Origin: Moniliella sp. 'wahieum'
Lineage: Eukaryota
Reading direction: 5' to 3'
Length of the DNA: 64,000 nt
Assembly (NCBI GenBank): GCA_003971905.1
Contig: RSEE01000093.1
Coordinates: forward strand, 1 to 64,000
Shown here in pieces: positions 37,009 through 48,476 of the stretch. The position numbers and the translations under genes were made by a program. The notes beneath the pieces are model-generated. The model was not told the DNA's origin and made no database searches. It saw only the letters and a list, made by a program, of their open reading frames with translations. The first letter of the stretch is position 1. The number at the start of each line of letters is the position of its first letter.

Positions 37009-38846
37009 ATGGAGGCCCTCAAGCTGGCGCGCAAGTACCCCCAGTTCTCCCGCGAGGAGATGCTGGGGCTCATCGACAAGTTCCACGCAATGGATGTCGA
37101 GGACCGCGGCAGTGTCGACCGGCAGACCGTCATCAAAACCCTCGACGAGTCCCGCGTCGCTACCTACGACCAGGTCCGCGAGACCCTCAAGCAGGTCGAC
37201 ATTGACGCCGCGGGCCGTGTCGAGCTGGACGACTACGTGGACCTGATGGCAAAGTTGCGGGCGGGCGCTAACAAGGACGCTGGCGACGTTGTCAAGGGCA
37301 AAGTCACCGTTCGTGGCGCCAACGCCAGCACCCAGCATACCATCAACGAAGATGAGCGTCAACAGTTTACCGAGCACATCAACCAGGACTTGGCAGGAGA
37401 CCCCATTGTGGGGTCCCGCCTCCCGATCCCCACCGACACGTTTCAGTTGTTTGACGAGTGCCGTGATGGTCTGATCCTCTGCAAGCTGATCAACTCGGCT
37501 GTGCCAGAGATTGATGAGCGTGTGCTCAATGTCCCGAAGCGAGGAAAGGCGGTCAACCAGTTCCAGATGACCGAGAACGGCAATGTGGTCATTTCGTCGG
37601 CCAAAGCCATTGGCTGCAGCGTTGTCAACATTGGCCCCCAAGACTTGATCGAGGGTCGTGAGCACCTCATCCTTGGTCTGATCTGGCAGATCATTCGTCG
37701 CGGACTTCTAAGCAAAATCGACCTCAAGAACCACCCCGAACTGTACCGCCTGCTCGAAGATGACGACGCTGGAGGAGTTTCTGCGTCTGCCACCGGACCA
37801 GATTCTGTTGCGTTGGTTTAACTACCACCTCAAGGCGGCCAACTGGGACCGGAGGGTGACCAACTTTAGCAAAGATGTCTCGGACGGGCAAAACTATATG
37901 CTGTTCTCTTGGCCCAAATCAAGCCAGAGGAATGCGACCGGTCGCCACTCAAGGAGCCAGAGGTACTGCGCCGCGCCGAGCTGGTCCTCCAGCAGCCGAT
38001 CGAATCGGTGCCGCAAGTTCTTGACTCCAGGCGCGATGGTGGCTGGGAACCCGAAGCTGAACTTGGCCTTTGTCGCTCACCTTTTCAACACGTGGCCTTC
38101 TCTCGATGCCGTCGAGGATGCTCCACCGCTGGAGGTGGAGGACTTTGATGCGGAGGGAGCGGGAGGCGCGTGTGTTTACCCTGTGGCTCAACTCGCTCGA
38201 AGTGGACCCGGGCGTGAACAACCTGTTTGAGGATCTGAAGGACGGAACTATCATCCTCCAGGCGTTCGACAAGGTTTCTCCTGGCAGTGTGGTGTGGCGC
38301 AGGGTGAGCAAACCAAGAGAAGGCCAGACGTTGATGCGTTTCAAGGCTGTGGAGAACTGCAACTATGCCGTCGAGCTGGGGCTCAAGAGTGGGATGCGGC
38401 TCGTTGGGATCCAAGGGGCGGACATTAACGATGGCACCAAGACCTTGGTGCTGGGATTGGTCTGGCACTGATGCGCCTCAACATTTCCAAGACACTTGCC
38501 AGTCTCGGCAAGGACGGCAAGTCGATCTCGGACGTGGAAATCATCACCTGGGCCAACAACAAGGTCCGCTCGGGTGGACGCACGACCCAAATCCGCACAC
38601 TCAAGGATCCCTCGATCGCTAGCAGCCGCTTCCTTCTTGACCTTCTTGAGGCCATCCGTCCTGGCATTGTCGACGAGAACTTGGTCACCCCAGCCCAGAC
38701 TGAGGGGCCGAGGCTCAATGCCAAGTTGGCCATTTCCATTGCCCGCAAGCTTGGCGCCCTCATCTTCCTTGTTCCCGAGGACATTGTGGCGACGCCAGCG
38801 TCTCACACTCACGTTCATTGCCAGCCTTATGGCGTTGCACACGTGA
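37009..38846 (+). CDS. SAC6: Fimbrin (EF-hands plus two actin-binding domains, four CH domains)
   Basis: HTINEDERQQFTEHIN, LFDECRDGLILCKLIN, IGCSVVNIG..LILGLIWQIIR, LRLPPDQILLRWFNYHL, EREARVFTLWLNSL, NAKLAISIARKLGA. Frameshifts, e.g. LVWH*MR for LVWQLMR at 38466-38473. Confidence 0.98.
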
Positions 38847-39309
38847 TTGCATACTCTCTCAGCATTGAATATTGATTACTGGTTTCTTTGAGGCGCCCCT
38901 CCCCCACACATCGATGGAGCCGGCTGGATTGCTCCTCCTCAGGTTGTCTCCTGCTGTTCGCCCCTGTCCCCACGAAGGACTTTGATGCCTTTTTCGTATT
39001 GCCTCGAGGCCACAAGGAGCAGTGTACAAGTGAACTGCATAGCAAAATGATTCTCTAACTAATGATTCACGGACCAGATAAATTTTATGAGTCCAGCACG
39101 CTTAATCAGCGCTCAGCAACCCATGCTCAGCAAGCCAAGTTGACGGGTCGTCCCTGTGTAAGATTTAGAATTGGTATGCACCTTGGAAGGGCCAAGGCGT
39201 TGAGGCCTGAAGCCTGAAGGCCTGAAGCCTGAACAAAAACAATAAAACAAAAGGATAATTGACGATTCGATAAACCCACGCTCCTCTTCTCACCTGCCCA
39301 CCACCGGTT

Positions 39310-40726
39310 TTACGTGACCTCTTCACATAGAGCGCCACATCTTCGGCTGAGGGACCGATAGGGTCTGCCGAGGAGGCTAGGTTGCACTGGTGGAAAACAC
39401 GGACCTCCTTGGGTAAACGCGCCAACGACCGAATGAAGCACCCGCTGTTGTGGAAGAGCACCATGTCCCTCTCTTTCTTCATCTTCGGTCGCACCCCAGT
39501 CGTGGCAGTACACGTATTCGCCCAATTCCTGGCCGCTGGAACGCATAGACAAACTCCCGCACTTGCTTTAGGTCGGTCCGGTGCGCACCCTCGGGGTAGA
39601 GACTGGCCTCGGTTCCAACCGTGCTCGGGCCCTGCAAGGGCTCGATGATCACCTCCTTAATTGCAGAAGGGTGGACTTGCAGGTGCAGTTCGCCTGTGCC
39701 CAAGTTTTTCCAAACCTGACAAAGCGAGCGTGTACAATGTGGTGGTTAGGAACGGCAACGAAGGGGACTTGGACATGGAGGGCAGCTGCAATTAAGACGT
39801 ACCATGGGCAAGATCTTGATTTTCTCGGCTCAATTGGCGGCAGCTGGTCCGTCGACAGCTCCTTGCCTTCCGACACGAGCCCGAGCCCGGTCGAGTTGGA
39901 CCGCGCGCCGCTCATCCAAATGTATGGGTGGGCAGCATACACGATTTTGGTGCGCACTGCCACTGACTTTTCAGCGGGCGACAGACGGTCGAACATGGTC
40001 TTACCCGACACAACTAGGCACGAGAGCACCAAACGGAGGGTCAGTATTGGTTCCTCTATCGGCAGCAACAAGGGGAGATATGGTACATACAGGCGGTCGT
40101 ACCCAGGGGGACGGTCAGTTCATCCCCTGTGCCGTCATCGTACCGCAGCGTCTGACGGCGGCCCTTGGGCACACGCAGGCCATAGAGGGTCGTGACCCGT
40201 GGGGTGGCCAGTCGTAGAGGGCACTGTCGATGTGCCAACGGTAAAACCGAGTAACCTGGGTATCCTCTTCATCGGGGACGTGGGTGTGATGGAACGTACG
40301 GTGGTGGGGGGTGTTTGAGCTGGATGTTGGTCAAGCCCTCGTGCGCCGGCACAAATCCATTGCCAATCACTTGGACTTGGGGTTGGCGTGGGACGGTTTT
40401 GAGGTCCGGGTGCAGGATGGAGTTCTTTTGGGGACCGCCATTGCCATGTCCGTAGGAATCGCTGCTAGGGTCAAACGCCTTGGTTAGCGCATACTGCGCC
40501 TCGGGACTGACCTTGGCATTGGGGAAGACAATGACAGAGTGCTTGTAGAGGGCATCGCGGATCGCTTGCACCAGTTCCGCATTGTCACTCAGCGCATCAA
40601 AGTCAATGTCACTTGTCACCAGACGACCAAGTCTGGGTCCAGCGCGCTTCCGGCTGGCCGAGCGTTGGGGGTGGAAAGCGTCTGGGGGATGGGCGCAGGA
40701 AGGGGGGCAAGGGTCAAGAGGGACAT
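39310..40726 (-). CDS. xanA: Alpha-ketoglutarate-dependent xanthine dioxygenase (TauD/TfdA family, XanA-like)
   Basis: QYALTKAFDP..YGHGN, SILHPDLKTVPRQPQVQVIGNG, TRFYRWHIDSALY (HxD), RYDDGTGDELTVPLGTTA, YAAHPYIWM, DMVLFHN..HSVVGAF..RVFHQCNLA. Two short introns; stop uncertain (39310 or 39165). Confidence 0.88.
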
Positions 40727-40889
40727 GGCGACCGGTACGAAGGGGTTGTTGGTGGAGGCGGTCAAGAAGTGCGATTGGGGAGAAAGAGGTGAGCTTCGGC
40801 GAGTGGATGCTGGAGTTGATTCCACGTGGGTGATACGAAACGCTCGGGTGTTTGTGGGGTGGACACAAGTGAGAAAATGTGTAGGCGTT

Positions 40890-40897
40890 TTTATATA
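40890..40897 (-). promoter_or_regulatory. TATA box upstream of xanA
   Basis: TATATAAA on the minus strand about 165 nt upstream of the ATG at 40726. Confidence 0.6.
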
Positions 40898-42496
40898 CCG
40901 GCACGCCCTGGGGTCAGTACCGTCGCTGATGGCAGTGCACGAGGGTGGCGTTTCACATGCGATGCGGCTGGCACAACGCCCTGCGAAGGAGGGGTTGCTC
41001 CCCGGGGACATGGATGTCAGCCGATGGCCCGGCTGGGACGGAAGGATGTCCGCATCCTTGCCTGAAAGGCATTGGCTTCGGGCGCTTCGGCGTGGCAGGC
41101 CGAACCCCAATGAAAGCGGAAAGCTGTACAATAAACGCCACGGCACATGTTGAGATGAGTGCCGAAGAGAGGCGCTGATCTGCCGCTCTTCCCGCTGCTT
41201 GCGCGGCTATGCAAGCAACCCAGCAGTGCGCGTTCCCTAAGATAAGCCTCCCCCATCTGCATCAACAACCACAGCCACTGCAGAGTGTGGATCGCCTTCG
41301 ATGTCCGACACGCGGTGGAGCAGCTAGCCGGCGAGTCCGGAACAGCAGCCGAACATAAACGATGCCATCGGAAAAGCCTCTGTGGATCAGATTTCAAAAC
41401 TTTCAATCTTTGAACGTTCGGAAGCGCGCTTGAAGCGCACTGTGGGACACTGGGGGCATGTGGTGGAATGTAACTGCAGGGGAGGAATTGAGGTGTGGGT
41501 GCTGCCCACACCATGTACGAGCTATTCAGAGGTGGAAGGACGCCGACGACCTATCCGGCATGGCTTCCGCACTCGACGACTTCTCGGGACAAGGCAGGAC
41601 TCGGTACGCAGTATTCGATACACTCAGGGCGAGGACTCGTTACTAGTACTTAGACTTTAGTAGCGAGCACTGCGTTGACAATGCCAATCGTGACGGGCTG
41701 TGGTCGGTGGTCTGTGGGTCTCGGAGCGATTCCCGTATGATTCGGACCCACATCGCTTTCATACCTCTCCTCGTCTGTCGATTGGGGCAAGATGCTTGGA
41801 CACTGGAATGATTTGACTACTGAATCTCAATGGAGATGGTTCACTGCTCAGATGTCTGCCATGTTCATCCGTATCCACGTCCGCTTCCTCTTGGGGTATG
41901 GGAACGGATGGCGGGCATCAGAGGGTCCTGATCCCCTGGCGATTCCACTGATTCCCTAGCGGGGTTGGAGGTATCAAGTAGTTCACGCAGTGTGAATGGG
42001 TCGATTAGGCGCAGCGTTTCTTTGTCCCAGCCTTAAGCTCTACTGTCAATTATATGGATGCAATATAATAGAAGAAAGTATGTGCTATTTCCGACTATAT
42101 ATGGCTTCTATGGCAGATGTCAAAGGTGGAGGAAAGGCTGCTATAGGGTGCCCGGCACCGCACATTTCTAGGGCTACCACCCAATCGGTTTCGGGTGGGT
42201 GGTGCAAGGCGAAAGGCGGCCCGACGTCTACTTCTCGTTCTATATACTGCAGACAAAAGTGATGAGCTGTGCAAGTAAAAAGTATCTCTAGTACTAAAGG
42301 TCGCCAGATGCCATTGGTCGAGAAGGAAGTGAGCCGAGCTACCTGTTTCTCCTGACGTGTGACAGCCAGTTCATCAGTCTCTTTACTATATCTACTCTGC
42401 TATATTTAGAATTGTATAGACCAATCGAACAAGGCAAACCGCGATACGATTCTCGAACGGGGCACGGAAGGGTGATGTACATCCGTGCGAGGAATA

Positions 42497-42769
42497 GGGG
42501 ATGGGGGGGTCTCAACCATAATTGGGGAGACGGATGGTACCAGGGAGAGATGAGAAGCATTGGAGTCATCCAGAGGCCACAATAGGGGAAAGAGGAGAAC
42601 AAGGTAATACTTGCACTAAACTGGCAGGTTTAGCATTGTACGATGAGTGAGAAAGCTGGGGGGATGGGGGGTCTCAACCACAATTGGGGAGACGGAGGGT
42701 AATTGACATTGGAGTCATCGAGAGGTCACCAAAAGGGGAAAAGTATAGAGCAAGGCATCACTTGCACTA
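42497..42769. repeat. Diverged tandem duplication of a 110-120 bp unit
   Basis: 42497-42618 and 42660-42769 share GGGATGGGGGG(G)TCTCAACCAYAATTGGGGAGACGGA, CATTGGAGTCATC and ACTTGCACTA. Confidence 0.85.
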
Positions 42770-44336
42770 CGCAGATTGAGTGCTCTTCCGCCGTTTTTGC
42801 TCAGGTGGGAAGAAAGTAGGCACGTCGATCAGGGCCACGACAAAGAGGTGGAGGCCAGGCTCCAGATTGGCCAAGTAGTGTGCATCCACCCCCATCACCT
42901 TGGTCAGCCAAGGGGGCCAGTGCTGGCCTGTGTTATCCATCGGGATCAGCTCGATGCCCAGCACTCCGGCTTGCGTGTTATGGGGCATTGGCCACGTAAC
43001 AGTGCAGCCAAACTCAGTGAGCATCTTGGCCTCGACAAGGTGTGCTGGCTCGCACGGCCTTTTCAGCGGCCTCGCCTCCACGCGCCACAGGACCACGCTC
43101 CGCGGGTCCTTCTCCAAGGCAGCTGCAATCTTCGGTTTCAATACTTGGTGGCGGTTCCATTCCCGGCCGTTGAAAAACTTGCTTTGCTGCTTCTTGGACA
43201 GATGGTGGAGTGATGGGCCTCCACTTGCTGCGCTGCAAACTCCTGCAATGTGTATTGGGAAGAAAGAAGGGTGCCGTACCAGAAGGGACGGAACCTGTCG
43301 CCGTTCGTCCGTGCACAGCCTGGGGCGAATGGGCGAAGGGGATCAGGATGAGGGAAGAGGCGCACATCACTTTCGTCTTCTTCATACGAATCAGTTTCTC
43401 CACTTCCCTCCCGGTCGTCGAAGCCATAGGCGGAAGTATAGGACTCGGAGGGTCGTCGTTGCTTGCAGATGCAGCTTCGTTCACCTCATCCTCTTCCGCC
43501 AATGGGGGAGGGTGAGAAAAACAAATGGGACTCAAGGTGGGGCTTGGTGGTCCACTGTTGGTTGTGTCCGCCTCGTCCTCTGCTCCGACTCTGTGGGACG
43601 GAATAAATCGTCGTTCAGTCCAAACGGGCGTGGCGCCCCCATGTTGATCAGGTCCTGCACCGAGGACTCATCGGGCTCAGAGTATTCCTCACTCACCTCC
43701 CGTCCCACTCCTCGTCTGAAGACGCGGGGAGGAGGGCGGTGTGTTGTCGTCCCACTCTTTGGCTCCAAACTTTTGGAGATTTTCTTCAAACCGATCGAGG
43801 ATCGCGTCAAGGTCGGCATTGAACATGGCGGTACGCTTCCGCTGATCCCGATCCCTCTGCTCATGCTCCTGTTGGGCATGTGGCTGAGACAGAAATCGTT
43901 CGCCGGGCACCTCCACCCGCTCGCGGCGCAACGTAGCCTTGAGCTTCGACTTCCACTTGGGCTCAGATTTGGGGATCGATTCTGAGCGCAGCTTCTTGAT
44001 ACAACGGGGGGTACGAGGCCCCGTGTCCTCAACCTCATCCTCATCCCCCAGGATCGAAAACGGGCGCTTGGCCCTGGGGCCGGATGAAGCAGGCGCGGCG
44101 GGGGGGCTGGTAACGGGGGGTGAATGGACCGCCGGAAGCTGTTCTTTCGTGTTAGGATGGCTGCATGGCCCAGTGTGAGCGAAAGGAAGAGGGATACATA
44201 CTCGCTTTGCCGGCCGGTCAAACACGTCGGATTCAAAGATATCATCGGCCTCCATATCGGCCCGGGCGCGCTTATTGGCGCTGGAATGGAACGGCGCACT
44301 GCCGCTGGCGTGGGCTGCGTTGCTGGATGCAGGCAT
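42767..44336 (-). CDS. Hypothetical protein: disordered basic/acidic N-terminus and about 150-aa globular C-terminal domain
   Basis: ORFs 43689-44468 (from MPASSNAA), 43532-44299, 43014-43535 and 42767-43141. A 37-nt GTACGG..TTGCAG intron (about 43243-43279) joins the last two in frame. NLS-like KRRK at the C-terminus. Confidence 0.55.
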
Positions 44337-45509
44337 GATCTCGTTATGAGGCGACTGGGTAGCGGGTAGGTCGTAAGGTGACAGGGCAGCGGGTGGGTGA
44401 GGGGATGGATGGATGGTGGTGTTGAGGAGGAGGGCGAGAAGGGGAGGGGCGGCCCTATTCAGCTGCATTGGATCGGGAGTCCGTCACAGGTAGAGAAAGC
44501 ATATCATGCATCATGCATCAATACCCCCAAAAATAAAAATACCCTGTTTCAGTCTGTGTCCCACATCGAGGGGGGGTGGGTTAGGGCGTGACGCGTGAGG
44601 GAAGTGTACTAGACACCCACACCCTCCTTGGGGTGTCGGCGCCAAGCCGGTCGCACGCACTACGTAGCAGGCCCGTGCACATGATATGCGCGTGCACATG
44701 CCACACGTCACCCGGCCACCTACTGCCGACGCTTGTGTGCAGGGTGCGCTACTGTGCGGGTGGGCCTGGCCAGTAGGGTGCCCTCGGCCAGACGCTTGTG
44801 TCCGGCGCTGCAAGCGACATGCTTCACAGCTCGCACCCCTGCACGGGCCAGGAGCACATCGAATTGCACGTGACGCGTGACACGAGAGTAAGTTGAGGCC
44901 GACGCCGAAAGAAGCCCAACACCAGACAGCCTCCCCTTCCTTGTCTGTCCTGTGCCCTCCCTTCAGCCACTTGGCCGCATGCTCGTGGCCCCACTCCATC
45001 GTCTGGTCGGACAACTGAACCTAGTACTACTCCAGTCCCGACACTGGACACGCACTCATCACGATCTAATAATGGAATTCTCTGATGGGACGGGACTGTG
45101 CCCCGGTTACTCTGTTTTGGAAGCGGTAACCACACAGACACTTTCCTTCGAGAGTGTCAGGGCGCTGTCCTCCCCCAGACGGAGACCCCACCAGGGCATC
45201 AGATGCTTGACGCACGATGCCCGACGGGTGACACCAGCCCGGATTGGATCTGGACGGGACAAAAACGAGACGACCTCAGGCAAAGCATCCGTCGAGACAA
45301 ACTGACGTGCATATATAATTGTGGGTATTAGCATGTTGAGGAGATCCAATAAGGGTTATGGAAGAAGGACCTCTGGGCGGATGAAGTATATAGGTGCACC
45401 ATGTACACCTTACTTTGGTGTGCCAGGCAAGTGTTTCGTCCAAGAGGTCGTTCCATGCTGGAGAGTAGAGTTGGTCATATAGATACGGAGTATGATAGAG
45501 TAGGGTTAG

Positions 45510-46750
45510 GTTTGGAGACGCAAACGGGTTGCACCTTGAAGCTTCGTTTGGCCACAGCCTTTGGCACCAGCACCAGCCGCACTCATTCTACCACACCCAT
45601 GCAGCGCGTGTCGCACCCTGGGCACCGCTGTGGCCGCGTCGCGCCGGACAGTTTCCGTTGAATTTGGACCTACGCGACTTGTCCGCTTTTTTGAACCGTA
45701 CATTCAGGCCCGACGTTGGGGCGGGCCTGCCCACCAAGTGCATCTGCCACGGCCCTGCTTCGGGTTGTGATCCGCCCCATCGGCCGTGGGGGGCTGAACT
45801 ACCGGCGGTGTGCCACCGGTATAGTTCGAGCGATGAGGATCACCAGGCTTTGCACTCAACTTTCGCATGTGCGCCAAATGGCAACTGGCCCAGATTCGGG
45901 AGGATGGACTTGTCATCCTGCGTACTTGCTTGTGTGGGAGAGGAGGATTAGGTGTCGGAAAAGAGCCGAAATGAATTGCTCAAGACGCTCAACGGTTCAG
46001 ATTGGTCTCCAGCTCCGCACCTTGAGCTGTGCCACGCAGCATGTGGAAGTGTGATGGCATGTCCTCTCTTGAGCACATCATGGCTTGCACCCGCATCCAG
46101 TCCAAGTGTGGTGCATTGCACGAGTCGATGTGGGAGCCCATCCTGCAGCTCATGCACTCCATTCCGGGCACCCACCTCCACAACGAGCCTAGAGGGCGGT
46201 GTCCCGAGAGACACCCAACGCCTTTTTTGGAACGCCAGGAGGGGAACTGCTTCGATTGCTGGAATTCAGCAAAATGCGACAAGAATGCCACGTACCACGG
46301 GCGCCCTCACAAGAACCTTTCTTCTCTCCGGTTATTACGACACTAGAATACTATGCCACCAAGACGGCGAGCAAGGTATTTCCATGTGCCACGTATGCGG
46401 CCAAGAAAGGAACGCCCCCTCGCACGACCCCATGGGGTAGGCCCCGCGGCCCATGCGCGATCAATAAGTGATGACGCCCCACCCGCACTCTGCGGAGCGG
46501 GGCGGTCAAGAGCAGTCTGCATCGAGACGTATGGTTGCTCGGGTGGGGCGATGGCGCACCCGGTGGAGTTGTAGAGAGTGTGTGTACCATTCGGCATCCT
46601 CAGCCCTCATCGGATAATGTGATGGTTGCGGCCCTTGTCCAAACGAGAACGTCAATCAGGTGTGTGGACGCCTTCCTGCAGCAACGTAGCCGACAAAAAG
46701 GGCGCACAAGGATAGCATCTGTACGCTTGCATACGCGAGCAACGCTGTAA
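45510..46750 (+). mobile_element. Decayed, 5'-truncated non-LTR retrotransposon, CRE/R2-group (restriction-like endonuclease type)
   Basis: Colinear motifs across frameshifts: PIGRGGL (RT-thumb LPxxxGGLG, 45776), VQIGLQLRTL (45995), C-x2-C-x7-H-x3-C knuckle (46042-46088, with one indel), LHE..HNEP, YYDTRIL (46333), AVCIETYG (46512), VAALVQTR (46625). Confidence 0.55.
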
Positions 46751-48476
46751 GTGTTGCTAGTAATTCAGACAAGAGCTGCGCCTAGCACCTGAGCGGAGGA
46801 GGCCCCAAATAAAGGCCAGAAAGACGGATCCGTGCAACAAATCACGACCAATAGAATAGGAGAAAAAACGCGACACACGCATCAATGGATGCCCCACGTT
46901 TTAGGCCTGCTTGGGGAACAACGAAGGGCGGTTGAGTTCCGGCGGAACTATTAGGAGCGACGTCAGTCGTCAGGAGGCTCTTGTCAATTTAGTGCGCCAA
47001 ACCAGCAGTACACCTCCCACCCCCCCTTTAACAAATTGAAGAGAAAATCAGAAAGCGTGACAGCTACAAGCAACCCTTATTAAGGCGATACACCCCTTCG
47101 ATGCCCCCCCCCCCGCCGCCAAAAAGGGGCGAAGGCCGTGTCGTTGAGCGGCATACCGTCGGGTATAGCACTGCAAGTGGGCAGCATGGTTATTTCCCAA
47201 ATGTGTGCAGGAGAATGATGCCGATACTCGGTGAAGTTCTGAAGTGATGTCTTTTGGCGCACAGCGAAGCATTCGCAAATCGCACACCCCCATCCAGGGC
47301 CGACGGAAGACCGTGAGTCTGGCCAGCACGAAAAAAGGCGAAAAAAGAGGAGACCTCTGGGGGCTGCCACCTAAAAAGTATCAAGCAGAAGTTGTGCACG
47401 CAAGCTTGACCTGGATGCGCTCCATGAAACCCCAAGGCGCTAGACCATATAGAATCGACTTGCTTGAGTTGCGAGCGGGGAATGAGGGGGGGGGGCTGCT
47501 TGTCATTACCATGGGAGCTAGAAAAAATCACTTTGAAAAGGTCTTGCTTCACAAGGGGAGGTGTGCTGCGAGATCTTCGGGGTCAGGGGGTGATCCACGG
47601 CGCTCGCGATTCGCGCTCATACTCCGCATCTCTTGGAAGAGAGAGGGCACTCCGTCCATGGGCATATCACGGGCAAGAGGCGGCGATCGTGGAGGCATGG
47701 CGAGTCTGGCGTGCGGAGCGCGACCAGGTGTTGGTGAGCCGTGGGGACTTTGCGTAGGAGGCAAAGTAGGCGCGCCTCAAGGAGGCACGCGCGTACAGCA
47801 GCGATATGGTAGTACCATTCTAGGCCAGGATGAGCGAGCAAAGCCGGTCGAGGCAGTTGGCCAAGGCTGCGGACCGCACTCGATGGGGCCATGCGTGGAT
47901 GACGTGATCACACGGACGACGCACATTCGCTGTTCAAGTTCAAAAAGGCCGCCTCGATCGCACTCAATGCTTCGTTTTGGCTGGCAACCACCACCAGCAT
48001 CCGTTGCTGGTCTCCTCCTTTTTGCTCGCCTGTGGACTGCCACCCCTGTGGCTCGCTCGTCGTTTCCGTCGCAATGCCTTTCATCAGCGTATCATGCCCC
48101 GTATTGCTTCCGCAGCTGATGCATGGACCAGTTGCAGTCGTCGGTGGAGGGTGGTCATTTTTTCAATTAATAACCCGCAACGGTTGTCTAGCAGCAGCAA
48201 AGGTTTTGTGCATATAGTTGGCAACGTTGCAACGCCGCTCAAGAAGTGCCAAGTACGTCAGGTTGACTGCTGTACCCGCGATGCAGATGCTGTAGATGCG
48301 CTCGGGGTGCTGGCGATGTGTGCGGAACCGATTGGCAGGTTGGAGGAGTCTTCTCGACCCAGAGGAACGGCCAATTTCATTCGCAGCACAGGAGGGCGCC
48401 ACATGAGGGCTGAGGCTCAACATTGAGCCTCCCTCCCCCAACTCCATCATTGCCGCCCCTGGCAATCTCAAGGGCC

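Noticed and set aside
38466..38473. In-frame TGA in fimbrin as readthrough or selenocysteine
   Set aside because: Restoring one base gives the conserved LVWQLMR, so this is a deletion error.
46900..48420. ORFs 47244-48119 (+) and 47190-47764 (-)
   Set aside because: No motifs and no coherent start or splice structure; possibly decayed sequence.
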